Origin: Myxococcota bacterium
Lineage (GTDB): Bacteria; Myxococcota_A; Polyangia; Polyangiales; Houyiibacteriaceae
NCBI GenBank assembly: GCA_039030515.1
Contig: JBCCEA010000034.1
Coordinates: 1-38,246 of the forward strand
Length of the DNA stretch: 38,246 bases
Reading direction: 5' to 3'
The notes under the pieces were generated by a model that saw only the letters and a program-made list of their open reading frames with translations, made no database searches and had not been told where the DNA came from. Below, one piece after another: positions 8,302 to 18,538 of the stretch. The position numbers and the translations under genes are program-made. How positions within the stretch are numbered: position 1 is the stretch's first letter; each line of letters begins with the position of its first letter.

Positions 8302-9854
8302 CCTCGGCGCTCCAAGAGTTCCCGCAGATTTTGAGGCAGCGGCGGTAGATGGGCGAGAGCAGGCGCGCCTTTGCCGAGACCCTGGCGAAATGGAAAGTCC
8401 GGCAGTGAGCGTTGCACGTAGTCCACCAGTTCGATGCCCATGTAGCCCATTCGGTTGAGATTCGACACGACGCATTCCTCGATCCCCCGCTGCACCGTCG
8501 CCTCGTCGCTTCGAACCTGGCAGAGTCGCTCGTAGATCGCGTCCGCAAGGTGCTCGTCCCCCGCGTCGATCGCCAATTCCGGAGTGCCCCGATCCTCCAT
8601 CAAATTCCGGATCCGCTCGTCCATGGTCACGCCCACCGAGGCGACCCCTGCGGGCATCGAAGTGACGATCGCGTGATACCTCGACGAGATCATCCAGCGC
8701 GCTTGACGCACCAGATCCACCATCGCGTACATGTCGTGCTGGTCTGATACAAAGATCGGTGTGCTCCCGCCCAAACGATGAGCCAGTCCTTCGCACGCAG
8801 CTCGATCGAGCTTCTCCATTCCGATGACAACCGGATACACTGGATACTTCTCTTTGAAGCGACCTACGCCTTCAGCCCACGCGTCGAGGTATGCATTTTG
8901 CGCCTTGCGTACCTTTTCTCCTTCATGATGAAAGTACACGCTCGAATAGTGCGCGTCGGCGTGGGCGTTTGTGAGCACGTGCTCGACACCCTTGAGCAAA
9001 TCAGGCTTTACTGGCCACCAAAATGGATTGATCGGGCACAGTGCAAGGATCGGAGTGCGTTCATCCCATCCGGCACTCTGAAGCAGAATCTGGCCTCTGT
9101 TCGTTCCTGGAGAAAAAGTCCAAGCTGTATCTGTTCCGGCGGTTGAGGGTATGCCGAGCTCGCGGAGAAGGGATTGGGATTCATGATTTCGCGAAAGTAT
9201 CAATGCGTCTTGGCAATAACGTGTGACTAGAGCCTCGAGCGCCTCGTCCATAGAACCGGCCTCACCTCCGTATCCCACCGCCAGTTTGTATTCCGCTGAT
9301 GCTAGGCCGAGGGCGCCAACCATCATCGTTGAGAGTGCGTTCGCAAATTTGGATTTGAACATGGAGCCCTCGCAGGCGATCACCCCATGGTGTTCGTGCA
9401 CCACATCGAACAAAAATCGCGGATACACCTGCGGAAGCTTAAGTTGTCGAACCGTGCGAAAATAACCTTTCGTCAATTCCGGATCGATCGTAAGCAGGGA
9501 GAGCTCGAGGTGGTCGTCTCCAAAGAGATGTCGAAATTGACGGATCATCTCCTCCACTCGAACGTCTGCTCCCGTGTTTCGAGTTCCGCTGTAGCCTGCG
9601 AGCAGGAGACGCAAAGCAGTGCCGGGCCGCCATTGTGCTCCCGGATCGATTGGATAACGGCGTTTGGCGAGCTCGATAAGCGCCGCCATACTTCCCATCA
9701 ACGCTCGATCTGCATCCAGATTCTTCGCAGCGCGATCGATGAGTCGATGCGCCGTACTTCGGAGTGCCGATAGAAACCGACTTGGCTTTTTAGACTGTGG
9801 CTGCGGTTTATCCAGCATTGAGGCGCTGGGAACCCATCCGTCGGGAGGGCTCAT
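8298..9854 (-). CDS. Polysaccharide pyruvyl transferase family protein (WcaK/CsaB-like)
   Basis: LLAGYSGTRNTGAD start motif, SRNHES, TDTAW and ISSRYHAIV match the pyruvyl-transferase family pattern. ATGA overlaps at both ends. Confidence 0.75.
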   Translation of the reverse strand: MSPPDGWVPSASMLDKPQPQSKKPSRFLSALRSTAHRLIDRAAKNLDADRALMGSMAALIELAKRRYPIDPGAQWRPGTALRLLLAGYSGTRNTGADVRVEEMIRQFRHLFGDDHLELSLLTIDPELTKGYFRTVRQLKLPQVYPRFLFDVVHEHHGVIACEGSMFKSKFANALSTMMVGALGLASAEYKLAVGYGGEAGSMDEALEALVTRYCQDALILSRNHESQSLLRELGIPSTAGTDTAWTFSPGTNRGQILLQSAGWDERTPILALCPINPFWWPVKPDLLKGVEHVLTNAHADAHYSSVYFHHEGEKVRKAQNAYLDAWAEGVGRFKEKYPVYPVVIGMEKLDRAACEGLAHRLGGSTPIFVSDQHDMYAMVDLVRQARWMISSRYHAIVTSMPAGVASVGVTMDERIRNLMEDRGTPELAIDAGDEHLADAIYERLCQVRSDEATVQRGIEECVVSNLNRMGYMGIELVDYVQRSLPDFPFRQGLGKGAPALAHLPPLPQNLRELLERRG

Positions 9855-11059
9855 CGCGCAAACTCGACGCTTTTGATCCCGTTTTTGCGGATGCGCATGT
9901 CAGCGTGCATCGAGGTCACATTTTCAGAGCTCTTGGCGGAGGGTTTTTGCGGCAATGGACGATACGGATAGCTGAAGTTGTGCCTCTTTGCGTAACGGTA
10001 CAGGTCGAGGCAGTAGTCGGTGAATGCTGTGGGTTCGGTTTCTAAAAGGGTTGTGGTCCGCTCGTTATCTAAAACCGTGTCGAAGGTAAAGTAGGGCAAA
10101 AACACCTTCATAAGTGAGGCCACATGCGTCGCATGATTGCGAATAGACGATTGAGAGACGAGTTGAAGCAGGCTTTCGAGTGGAGCCTTCGCTTTGGGAA
10201 CAAACCGAGGGCCTTTGCCGATAGCAGGTGCGAGTGCACCGACGATTTCACGGGCAGTGCACGCTGATGGGCCCGCCGAGAGATTGAAGGTACGGTAGGG
10301 AAGCTCAGCACGCATATGTAGGGTTTCGATGGACCGACCCACCCAGTTTGCATTGACGATATCTTGACGTGCGCTCGGCCTAATCGGAACAAAGGGTAGG
10401 TCTGCCAGGAGACAAAATGCGCGCACCATGTCAAATTGCGAGGTCGCGGCGAAGCGAGAGTCGCCCATGACCGTGGAGGGTCTGAAGATTGCGACCGATG
10501 CACTTGGTAAGAGGGTTTGAACCATGTGCTCGCAAAACTTCTTGGTTCGAGCATACGGGTCGTAATCCGAGTGCTCGAGGTTTAGCACCTCGTCCTCTGA
10601 AAGCGTTTCGCCGCCTTTGCGATGACCGCACACTGCCGATGTGGAGACGAAACTATAGCGGCGCAGCTGATCGCGTGCTTCTAAAGCGCGTGCGAGCTCC
10701 AAAGTCGATAAAGTCCCAACTAGATTGGTTTGCATGCAGGCTCTCTCACTTTTGCGGTTCAAGGACGCTGCCGCGTGAAGGATCGAATCGACCTCATCGA
10801 GAATCCACTTTTGCTGCTTTTGAGAGATGCCGAGATCAGGGCGGGTAATGTCGCCGTAGATGAAGTGAATTTTCGGTAACAGAGAAAAAAACTCCTCCGC
10901 ATCGAGATGAAGCTGGAGTGCGCTCCAGAGCTTTTGCACCGCTTCGCTCTGACAGGCGGCCCGTGTGAGCACGGCGACGCGTTCGCGATGCTCGGTAAGA
11001 AGCCGATGCAGCACGTAGGACCCAAGGAAACCACTGCCCCCCGTGAGAAATACACTCAT
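9851..11059 (-). CDS. Extended SDR / thioester-reductase-like NAD(P)-dependent oxidoreductase
   Basis: VFLTGGSGFLG, GDITRPDLGIS, HAAA, FVSTSAVCG, YARTK (YxxxK) and RPSTVMGDS. Confidence 0.88.
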   Translation of the reverse strand: MSVFLTGGSGFLGSYVLHRLLTEHRERVAVLTRAACQSEAVQKLWSALQLHLDAEEFFSLLPKIHFIYGDITRPDLGISQKQQKWILDEVDSILHAAASLNRKSERACMQTNLVGTLSTLELARALEARDQLRRYSFVSTSAVCGHRKGGETLSEDEVLNLEHSDYDPYARTKKFCEHMVQTLLPSASVAIFRPSTVMGDSRFAATSQFDMVRAFCLLADLPFVPIRPSARQDIVNANWVGRSIETLHMRAELPYRTFNLSAGPSACTAREIVGALAPAIGKGPRFVPKAKAPLESLLQLVSQSSIRNHATHVASLMKVFLPYFTFDTVLDNERTTTLLETEPTAFTDYCLDLYRYAKRHNFSYPYRPLPQKPSAKSSENVTSMHADMRIRKNGIKSVEFAR

Positions 11060-12721
11060 TTACCGAACCCGATCCTCTGCTGGGGCCACTGAATTTTCTG
11101 AGACAATCTGATGTATGCGCTCTTCGTCATCTAGATCGATCGGCTCCGCTGGGATTTTTTCCCCGCGGAGCAGAGGAAGGCACCAACGCTCTAGTCCGGG
11201 AACATGAATATTGAGCCAGTAGTCGTGCCAATCGATCGTGCCTACGTCATAGCCGAGCCGTTTCTGTTGTTCATGCGACAACCGCTTGTTGAGGCCGTGT
11301 ATTCTCGCTGTTGAAAAAACGTAGTCGTGATCGTGGATAAATGGCCGATAGAGCCGCAGCATCTCCTGGACGCGGTTCATCGTTCGATCGAAATTCCGTA
11401 GCCGCTGGGCCTGTTTTTTGCGATGTTTTTCGGCCCGCTCACCAAAACGGTTCCAAACGCTCGTTGGCAGTTCTTCTCGCAAATTTAGCTGTCGCAGCCA
11501 GTGAACTCCTTGTCGCGCCGCTTGCTGCATGCGCTGAACCCCCAAAAGAGGGGTTGCTTTTGCCGAAACTGGCATGACGTCGAGATGACGGAGCACCTTC
11601 TGACCGAATCCTTGTTCCGGATTGGCATGCATCCTCCGAACACCGAGATTGGTGAGCTCGATGGCCCGGCGAAAGGTAAAAGGGTTGATGTCCGAAGAAG
11701 CGAGTTGGTAGACATCCTCAGCCCGGTTTTCAAGCATCTCAGCAGCGATGAGTAGCGCGCCGCGAGCCACCGAATCTACCGGTACCACGTCAAAGTGATG
11801 GCGTGGGCGACTGGGGAAATGCCGGAAACTGGTCGAGAAAAGCCAGACTAAGGGACCCGAGGTATTGATACCCTCATTCCAGCCAGCAAAGGGGTAGGTT
11901 CTGGCCGACTCCACGATAGAGGGGCGTATCGTCGTCGTGCAGATATCGACTCTGGAATGCAAGAGATGTTCAGCAAGACCTTTGGTGTAGGTATAGACAT
12001 TGGGCCATCCGAGTCGCTCGGCGCGAACCATCAGCTGTGCGATGCGCTCCCGCTTGGTTCTACAGCGATCTAGAGTGTCACGTACGGCATCGAGCTCACT
12101 TTGCGGGTCGAAGTCTCGCTCCAGTGGAGACCTGCCGTAGTCGAGATGCTCTGCGACCTCACCGGATACGCGGCCTGCGACGTAGCAGGTCGACACGTGC
12201 ATCAGCCGTTTTCCCGAGGTTTGCGCGCAGAGCTCCGCCGCGTGTAGGGCTCCAAGCGTGTTGGTCGTAAGGGCGATCGCGGGATCAGGTTCAAAGTCGG
12301 TGAGTCCGGCGAAATTCGCGACCAGATCGGCAGATTCCACGAGGCTTGGGCTCACTCCAAACAGAGGTTTCGTGCCGTCGCCTTCGATCACACGCACCTT
12401 ATCGTCGATGAAGTCGCGAAACCGCGCTCCGTGACGTCGACGCAGGGGGGTGAGCGCTGGTGAGGTGTCGACGAGTTCCGCGAATCGCTCGCTTGCAGAG
12501 CTGCCGGTCTTTTTTCGGCATACCACGCTGACCCTTTGAACCGAGGGAAGGAAGTCGAGCAGCATTGTGAGCCACACCTTGCCGAGAAAACCGGTCACGC
12601 CCGTGAGCACGATGTGCTTGCCCTCAAAACTTCGTATGGGATCGAGCTCTGGCCTACCCCACGTGGCCTTTCTTAGAGACGCTTTCTGGTCATCGCGAGG
12701 CGTGCGTACTGCTTCAGCCAT
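11060..12721 (-). CDS. Fatty acyl-CoA/ACP reductase (male-sterility/FAR family)
   Basis: IVLTGVTGFLGKV, HVSTCYV, GWPNVYTYTKGLAE, RPSIVES...PFAGWNEG, DVVPVD and a C-terminal IDWHDYW region. Start set at ATG 12721, overlapping the upstream stop. Confidence 0.9.
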   Translation of the reverse strand: MAEAVRTPRDDQKASLRKATWGRPELDPIRSFEGKHIVLTGVTGFLGKVWLTMLLDFLPSVQRVSVVCRKKTGSSASERFAELVDTSPALTPLRRRHGARFRDFIDDKVRVIEGDGTKPLFGVSPSLVESADLVANFAGLTDFEPDPAIALTTNTLGALHAAELCAQTSGKRLMHVSTCYVAGRVSGEVAEHLDYGRSPLERDFDPQSELDAVRDTLDRCRTKRERIAQLMVRAERLGWPNVYTYTKGLAEHLLHSRVDICTTTIRPSIVESARTYPFAGWNEGINTSGPLVWLFSTSFRHFPSRPRHHFDVVPVDSVARGALLIAAEMLENRAEDVYQLASSDINPFTFRRAIELTNLGVRRMHANPEQGFGQKVLRHLDVMPVSAKATPLLGVQRMQQAARQGVHWLRQLNLREELPTSVWNRFGERAEKHRKKQAQRLRNFDRTMNRVQEMLRLYRPFIHDHDYVFSTARIHGLNKRLSHEQQKRLGYDVGTIDWHDYWLNIHVPGLERWCLPLLRGEKIPAEPIDLDDEERIHQIVSENSVAPAEDRVR

Positions 12722-13376
12722 CGACCACCGGCCATGCATGATCGCTTGCAAGCCGTCGAAGCTGCCAGTCTGGATTGACGGCGCAGGGATGGCCGAGGGC
12801 GCTAAGCAGAAGGCTGTCAGAGACGGAAGCCCCGTAACCGCAACTCTGTTCCAGGGCGATCTCGTGCTCTTCGGCAAATCGACGGATCCACTGTCCTGCA
12901 ACGCTGCCCGAGACGATCGGATCGCAAAGGCGGCCGGTCGCTTCTTCATTGCGGATCTCTAGCCGATTGCAGACGCACCGCTCCGCGCGCAGCATCTCGG
13001 CAAGAGGTTGCACCACCAGGTCGATGTTGTCGCTGATGAGGATGATGCGATGGCCTCGCTTCTGCGAACCTTTGACGAGTTCGAGGCCTCGCTTGCACAC
13101 CTCGTCACGCAACCAGTCCTCCCAGTATTCCCGCGCCAGCTCTCTCAAGCGGTCTTCCGAGATTCCTCGGAGTCCCATCCACGTCATCCGGGCGCCAAGG
13201 CTTGCGATGCCGAGGCTTTTGGTCATCGTCAAAGGGACGGCTAGGGCGACCTGGCCGATTCGGGTGACGCGTTCGCTGACGCCTTGAGCGTTGGCCGCAA
13301 ACCAGGCGGCGGTAGCTAGGGTCGGTCGAGAAATCAACGTTCCCTCTACTCGATAAAACGCGGCAATGCGGGACAT
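12714..13376 (-). CDS. HAD-IB (SerB-like) family protein with degenerate catalytic motifs
   Basis: Layout of HAD-IB proteins (AAFYRVEGTL...IILISDN...CNRLE...ATGRL...YGASVSDSLLLSALGHPCAVNPD...W), but DxD is replaced by RxE and GDS by GAS. Confidence 0.85.
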   Translation of the reverse strand: MSRIAAFYRVEGTLISRPTLATAAWFAANAQGVSERVTRIGQVALAVPLTMTKSLGIASLGARMTWMGLRGISEDRLRELAREYWEDWLRDEVCKRGLELVKGSQKRGHRIILISDNIDLVVQPLAEMLRAERCVCNRLEIRNEEATGRLCDPIVSGSVAGQWIRRFAEEHEIALEQSCGYGASVSDSLLLSALGHPCAVNPDWQLRRLASDHAWPVVDG

Positions 13377-13385
13377 CCGACTTGC

Positions 13386-13415
13386 TCTATAGCGAAACTA
13401 GACTGACGTGTCAGT
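13386..13415 (-). promoter_or_regulatory. Putative sigma70 promoter overlapped by a palindromic operator
   Basis: Minus strand reads CTGACA-17 nt-TATAGA, ending 9 nt before the ATG at 13376. The inverted repeat ACTGAC-GT-GTCAGT (13402-13415) covers the -35 box. Confidence 0.55.
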
Positions 13416-13522
13416 GCACTTTCGACGTTTCCGGTCGAAGTCCCCTCGAGTTCGAGTGTTCTCGGTGCGCCGTACCGGGCTTCTCTCGACGAGCTTGCCG
13501 CTGAGGGGCGCCAGAACGCTGC

Positions 13523-14338
13523 CTACATACGGGGAGGTGACGCGAGCAAGAGACTCAGGTCTTCGGGCGCTTCTACATGAACCCAGTGTCCCGTATCCAG
13601 CCGGTGGCACTTTAGATGAGCGGTTTGCGGCAGCCGCTTGAGATCGGCCTCTTGCCAGACCTCGGAGCGATCACCGATGACGACTTGAATGCACGATGCT
13701 TTCGACGTCTCCAAAACCGGAAACAGGTCTTGCGCTCGGTAGTCGGCGATCAACGCATCGATCGCGTCCAAGTTCAAACCCCAATGTTTCTGCCCGTTCT
13801 CTGACGAACGCAGGTTCATCGCTAGCCAATGTCCGACGGCGGTTGCGATCCCCAAAGCTTTGAGCTCGGCCACAAAAGCTTCAGTGGAATTCACCGGAAA
13901 CACTACAGAACGAAGCGCTCGAATCACTTTATCCGTGAGTCCCGGTGTGTTTGGACTAGAGGCCGCGGGGTTTGAGTCGATGAGCCAGAGCTCGTCTAAG
14001 GAGTGTGTCTCGCTGTATGTCAGCGCTACCTTGCCGCCAAAGCTGTGTCCCAGCATCCCCCGAATCGGGGCCTCGACGTGCGTTTCCAGGGCTCCAATCG
14101 CTCGCGCGCAGGCCTCAACGGTGTGGGGGCCATGGGTACGCGGTGCGTCTCCGTGTTCTGGCAAATCCACAAGAAGTGCGGCCCACTCGGGACGAGCGGC
14201 CGTAAACGCTCGCGCTATCGAGCGCCAATTGTTCTTTGTCCCAAGAATCCCGTGCAGGAACACCATGTACGCGGTCGGTGTCTTTGCGTGCGAAGCGATC
14301 CGAAGAATATGTCTGGGGAGGGAAGCGTTTGAAGACAT
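13523..14338 (-). CDS. Alpha/beta hydrolase (YbfF-like esterase/thioesterase)
   Basis: FLHGILG, VDLPEHG, GHSFGG nucleophile elbow and GHWVH catalytic His. Confidence 0.9.
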   Translation of the reverse strand: MSSNASLPRHILRIASHAKTPTAYMVFLHGILGTKNNWRSIARAFTAARPEWAALLVDLPEHGDAPRTHGPHTVEACARAIGALETHVEAPIRGMLGHSFGGKVALTYSETHSLDELWLIDSNPAASSPNTPGLTDKVIRALRSVVFPVNSTEAFVAELKALGIATAVGHWLAMNLRSSENGQKHWGLNLDAIDALIADYRAQDLFPVLETSKASCIQVVIGDRSEVWQEADLKRLPQTAHLKCHRLDTGHWVHVEAPEDLSLLLASPPRM

Positions 14339-14523
14339 GGCCTCGGTGGTAGCATGACGCGCTTGCTAAGTAGCCTGTGAGCTCTATCTCTTGTCTCGAC
14401 GCCCACAAAACAGGAACCTGTTCGGGCCATGGCGGCTCCCGAAAAGGGCATGAATTACTCGAACGCAATCCGATTAGAGACGGGCTCGACCACACCATCC
14501 TGAAGAAGGAGGAGAACACGATA

Positions 14524-15813
14524 ATGGGCAAGGACACCCTCACCATCACCGACAATCGAACCGGACGCTCGTACGAAGTCGCAGTAGAAAACGACACAAT
14601 TCGAGCGATGGATCTCCGTCAAATTAAGGTTGAAGAGCAGGACTTCGGCCTGATGGCTTATGACCCAGCCTTTGTGAATACGGCGTCGACCCAAAGCCGC
14701 ATCACCTTCATCGATGGCGATAAAGGGATCCTTCGGTATCGAGGCTATCCCATCGACGAACTCGCGGAGCACTCGAGCTTTCTCGAGGTGGCGTACCTAT
14801 TGATTCACGGCAACCTGCCTACCCACAGCCAGCTACAGCAGTTCACGCACAACATCACCTTCCATACGATGGTGCATGAAAATATTCGAGAATTTATCGA
14901 TGCGTTCCGCTACGACGCGCATCCGATGGGGATTCTCGTGAGCACCGTTGCAGCGCTTTCAACGTTTTACCCAGGTGCCAAGAGCGTCGAAGATGCTGAA
15001 AGTCGTCGCCTTCAGATACACCGGCTGATCGCCAAGATGCCCACGCTCGCGGCCTATGCCTACCGTCACCGTCGCGGCCAGCCTTGCGTCTATCCAGACA
15101 ACGACCTCAGTTATGCCGGGAATCTGATGAATATGTTGTTCAAAATGACGGAGACCAAATACCAGCCCAATCCGGTCATCGAGAAAGCACTCGATGTGTT
15201 GTTCATTCTCCACGCAGATCACGAACAGAATTGCTCTGCGAGCGCTATGCGCGGGGTGGGATCTTCGCGGGTCGATCCCTTCAGTGCCACGGCTGCGGCC
15301 TGCGCTGCGCTTTACGGTCCCCTTCACGGCGGAGCGAACGAAGCGGTGGTTCGCATGCTTCAAGAGATCGGAAGTGTTTCAAACATACCTTCATATCTCG
15401 AGCGCGTGAAGTCCGGAGAGGTCCGACTGATGGGTTTCGGACACCGCGTCTACAAGAACTACGATCCTCGGGCCAAGGTGATCAAGAAGCTCGCCTACGA
15501 CGTATTCGAGGAGGTTGGCAAGAATCCTCTTATCGACACGGCCGTAGAATTAGAGAAAATCGCGCTCGAAGACGATTACTTTGTCAACCGACGCCTTTAT
15601 CCAAACGTCGATTTCTATTCAGGGGTGATCTACCAGGCGATGGGGCTGCCCATGGATCTATTCCCCGTGCTTTTTGCGATCGGTCGCACTCCGGGTTGGC
15701 TCGCCCAGTGGCAGGAGATGCTCACCGATCCAGCCCAGCGCATTGCCCGACCCAGGCAGGTCTATCTAGGTGAGCAACAGCGCGCGTACGAACCGATCGA
15801 AACCAGATCCTGA
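14524..15813 (+). CDS. gltA: Citrate synthase
   Basis: ITFIDGDKGILRYRGY, LHADHEQN, GPLHGGANE, LMGFGHRVYKNYDPRA and YPNVDFYSG. AAGGAGGAG lies upstream of ATG 14524. Confidence 0.97.
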   Translation: MGKDTLTITDNRTGRSYEVAVENDTIRAMDLRQIKVEEQDFGLMAYDPAFVNTASTQSRITFIDGDKGILRYRGYPIDELAEHSSFLEVAYLLIHGNLPTHSQLQQFTHNITFHTMVHENIREFIDAFRYDAHPMGILVSTVAALSTFYPGAKSVEDAESRRLQIHRLIAKMPTLAAYAYRHRRGQPCVYPDNDLSYAGNLMNMLFKMTETKYQPNPVIEKALDVLFILHADHEQNCSASAMRGVGSSRVDPFSATAAACAALYGPLHGGANEAVVRMLQEIGSVSNIPSYLERVKSGEVRLMGFGHRVYKNYDPRAKVIKKLAYDVFEEVGKNPLIDTAVELEKIALEDDYFVNRRLYPNVDFYSGVIYQAMGLPMDLFPVLFAIGRTPGWLAQWQEMLTDPAQRIARPRQVYLGEQQRAYEPIETRS

Positions 15814-16032
15814 AGTTCTGCGCGTGCTCGGAACGCTAGCGCCTCGAGGTGCGAAGCGTTCAACCCAACCGATGTGCGCCTTGAAGATTCCGCACCTCAG
15901 ACGGTTGCCGGAGCCAACCCGATCGATTACACAGGATCCTTCTTCCAGATAGCTAACCGCGAAAAACGAAGCTATCTGAAGGTGTTCTGGCGCATAGCCT
16001 CAACCGCTTGCCGCTTCTAGCAGGATGAGTGA

Positions 16033-17070
<1,038 letters not shown>

Positions 17071-17108
17071 GGGTGAGGTTGCTCTCCCTCACCGGGTGAC
17101 CATGCACG

Positions 17109-18002
17109 ATGAACTATTTCAGAAGATTTCGGGATGCGGCTCTCTGCGTTGCCCTCCTGGCTCTCCCTTTCTTCTTCTTGAGTGCAAATCTCAAGGATGC
17201 CTCCAATGTGAATATGGTCGACAGACTGGTTTTGCAGGCCTCTGCACCGGTTCAGTTTCTTGCTACGCAAATAGCGCATGCAGTTTCTGACGTACTTGAA
17301 GAGTACGTGTATCTGGTCGATGTAAAACGCGAGCACGAGCGATTGCGAGCTGAAAATGATCGGCTTCGCCAAGAGCAACTGGAACTGCGTATTCATGCTC
17401 AGGACAACGAGCGACTGCGTGAGTTACTCTCCTTGCGACCGCGTCTGGGTGGTGAGACTTGGGCCGCACAGGTTATCGCGAAAGAAACTTCCGCTCACTT
17501 TCGCGTAGTTCGTATTCGCCTCGATCGAGGCGAACGAGATGAGATTCGGGAGGGGATGCCGGTCGTTTCTACCGAAGGCTTGGTTGGACAGATACGCCGC
17601 ACCTGGGGACGATACGCAGATGTGCAGCTGACGGTGGATCAGCGCAGTGCCATCGACGTGGTACTCGAGCGGGGTCGAGCTCGTGGAATCCTGCGCGGCA
17701 CGGGAGCCGACGAGTATGCGTGTCGTATCGAATATCTCGAACGAACTGACGAGGTTCAACCAGGCGATGAGGTATACACCTCTGGCTTGGGTCAACGATT
17801 TCCGTCGTCGATTCTAGTCGGGCGTGTTCGAAGCGTCGTTCAGCGCGAGCATGGGCTTTACCAAGAAGCCCTGGTGACTCCGGCAGTCAACTTCTCCGCA
17901 CTGCAAGAAGTGCTCGTGCTGGGTGCGATGTCCACCAGGCGTAGGTTGGAACACGGCGAGGACTGGGATCACAACGAACAAGTTGCTGACGGATCACCAT
18001 GA
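17109..18002 (+). CDS. mreC: Rod shape-determining protein MreC
   Basis: N-terminal TM helix, coiled coil (ENDRLRQE...NERLRELL), GMPVVSTEGLVG and TSGLGQRFP. Follows mreB. Confidence 0.95.
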   Translation: MNYFRRFRDAALCVALLALPFFFLSANLKDASNVNMVDRLVLQASAPVQFLATQIAHAVSDVLEEYVYLVDVKREHERLRAENDRLRQEQLELRIHAQDNERLRELLSLRPRLGGETWAAQVIAKETSAHFRVVRIRLDRGERDEIREGMPVVSTEGLVGQIRRTWGRYADVQLTVDQRSAIDVVLERGRARGILRGTGADEYACRIEYLERTDEVQPGDEVYTSGLGQRFPSSILVGRVRSVVQREHGLYQEALVTPAVNFSALQEVLVLGAMSTRRRLEHGEDWDHNEQVADGSP

Positions 18003-18538
18003 CCTCGATTCTTCGCACCTTTGTGGTGGTGTCCCTAGGGTTTATATTGCTTGTGCTCCAATCCACGATAGCGACCCTGGTCAATGTGCACTGGGTGACT
18101 CCCCAAGTCGTCCTACCGATCGTCATCTGGCAGAGTATTTCTTCCGATGTTCACTTGGTTCGAGGAGCGTTTGCCTCTTTCGCACTTGGATACCTGGCAG
18201 ATTCTTTTTGCGGGAATCTGATGAGCCTGCATACCTTTGTCATGGTTGCGACGTTCACGGTGGTTCGTGGAGCGGGCCTTCGACTTTTCTTTCGCGGCCC
18301 CGCCTACCAAGTCGTGCTCACGTTCGCCGTCGGTGTGCTCGCTCTTGGAACGATGCTCGCACTGCGCGCCATTTTCGAGAAATTGCCCCCGTTTTCTACT
18401 GAAGGTCAGTGGAGCCCTTTTTGGGGTTTGTTGGCTGACGTGTCGGTTACCGCCTTTTTGGCACCGCTTTGTTTCTCTGCGGTACGTCGGGCGGACACGC
18501 TTGTGAACCGGCGCAAAGAGGAGTCGGCGCCTGGATGA
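17999..18538 (+). CDS. mreD: Rod shape-determining protein MreD
   Basis: 179-aa polytopic membrane protein (FALGYLAD) between mreC and pbp2, with ATGA overlaps. Confidence 0.85.
   Translation: MTSILRTFVVVSLGFILLVLQSTIATLVNVHWVTPQVVLPIVIWQSISSDVHLVRGAFASFALGYLADSFCGNLMSLHTFVMVATFTVVRGAGLRLFFRGPAYQVVLTFAVGVLALGTMLALRAIFEKLPPFSTEGQWSPFWGLLADVSVTAFLAPLCFSAVRRADTLVNRRKEESAPG

Noticed and set aside
8302..8796. N-terminal extension of the enoyl-CoA hydratase (469-aa ORF)
   Set aside because: It overlaps the pyruvyl-transferase-like gene in another frame and has non-protein-like composition. The ATGA-coupled start at 8301 fits better.
12722..12949. N-terminal extension of the FAR ORF
   Set aside because: It lies inside the HAD-like gene. 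The ATG at 12721 overlapping that gene's stop is more plausible.
15084..15773. Long alternative-frame and antisense ORFs over conserved genes (e.g. 15084-15773, 5687-6295, 20480-21070)
   Set aside because: They are shadow ORFs of GC-rich coding sequence, with no motifs and complete overlap with well-supported genes.
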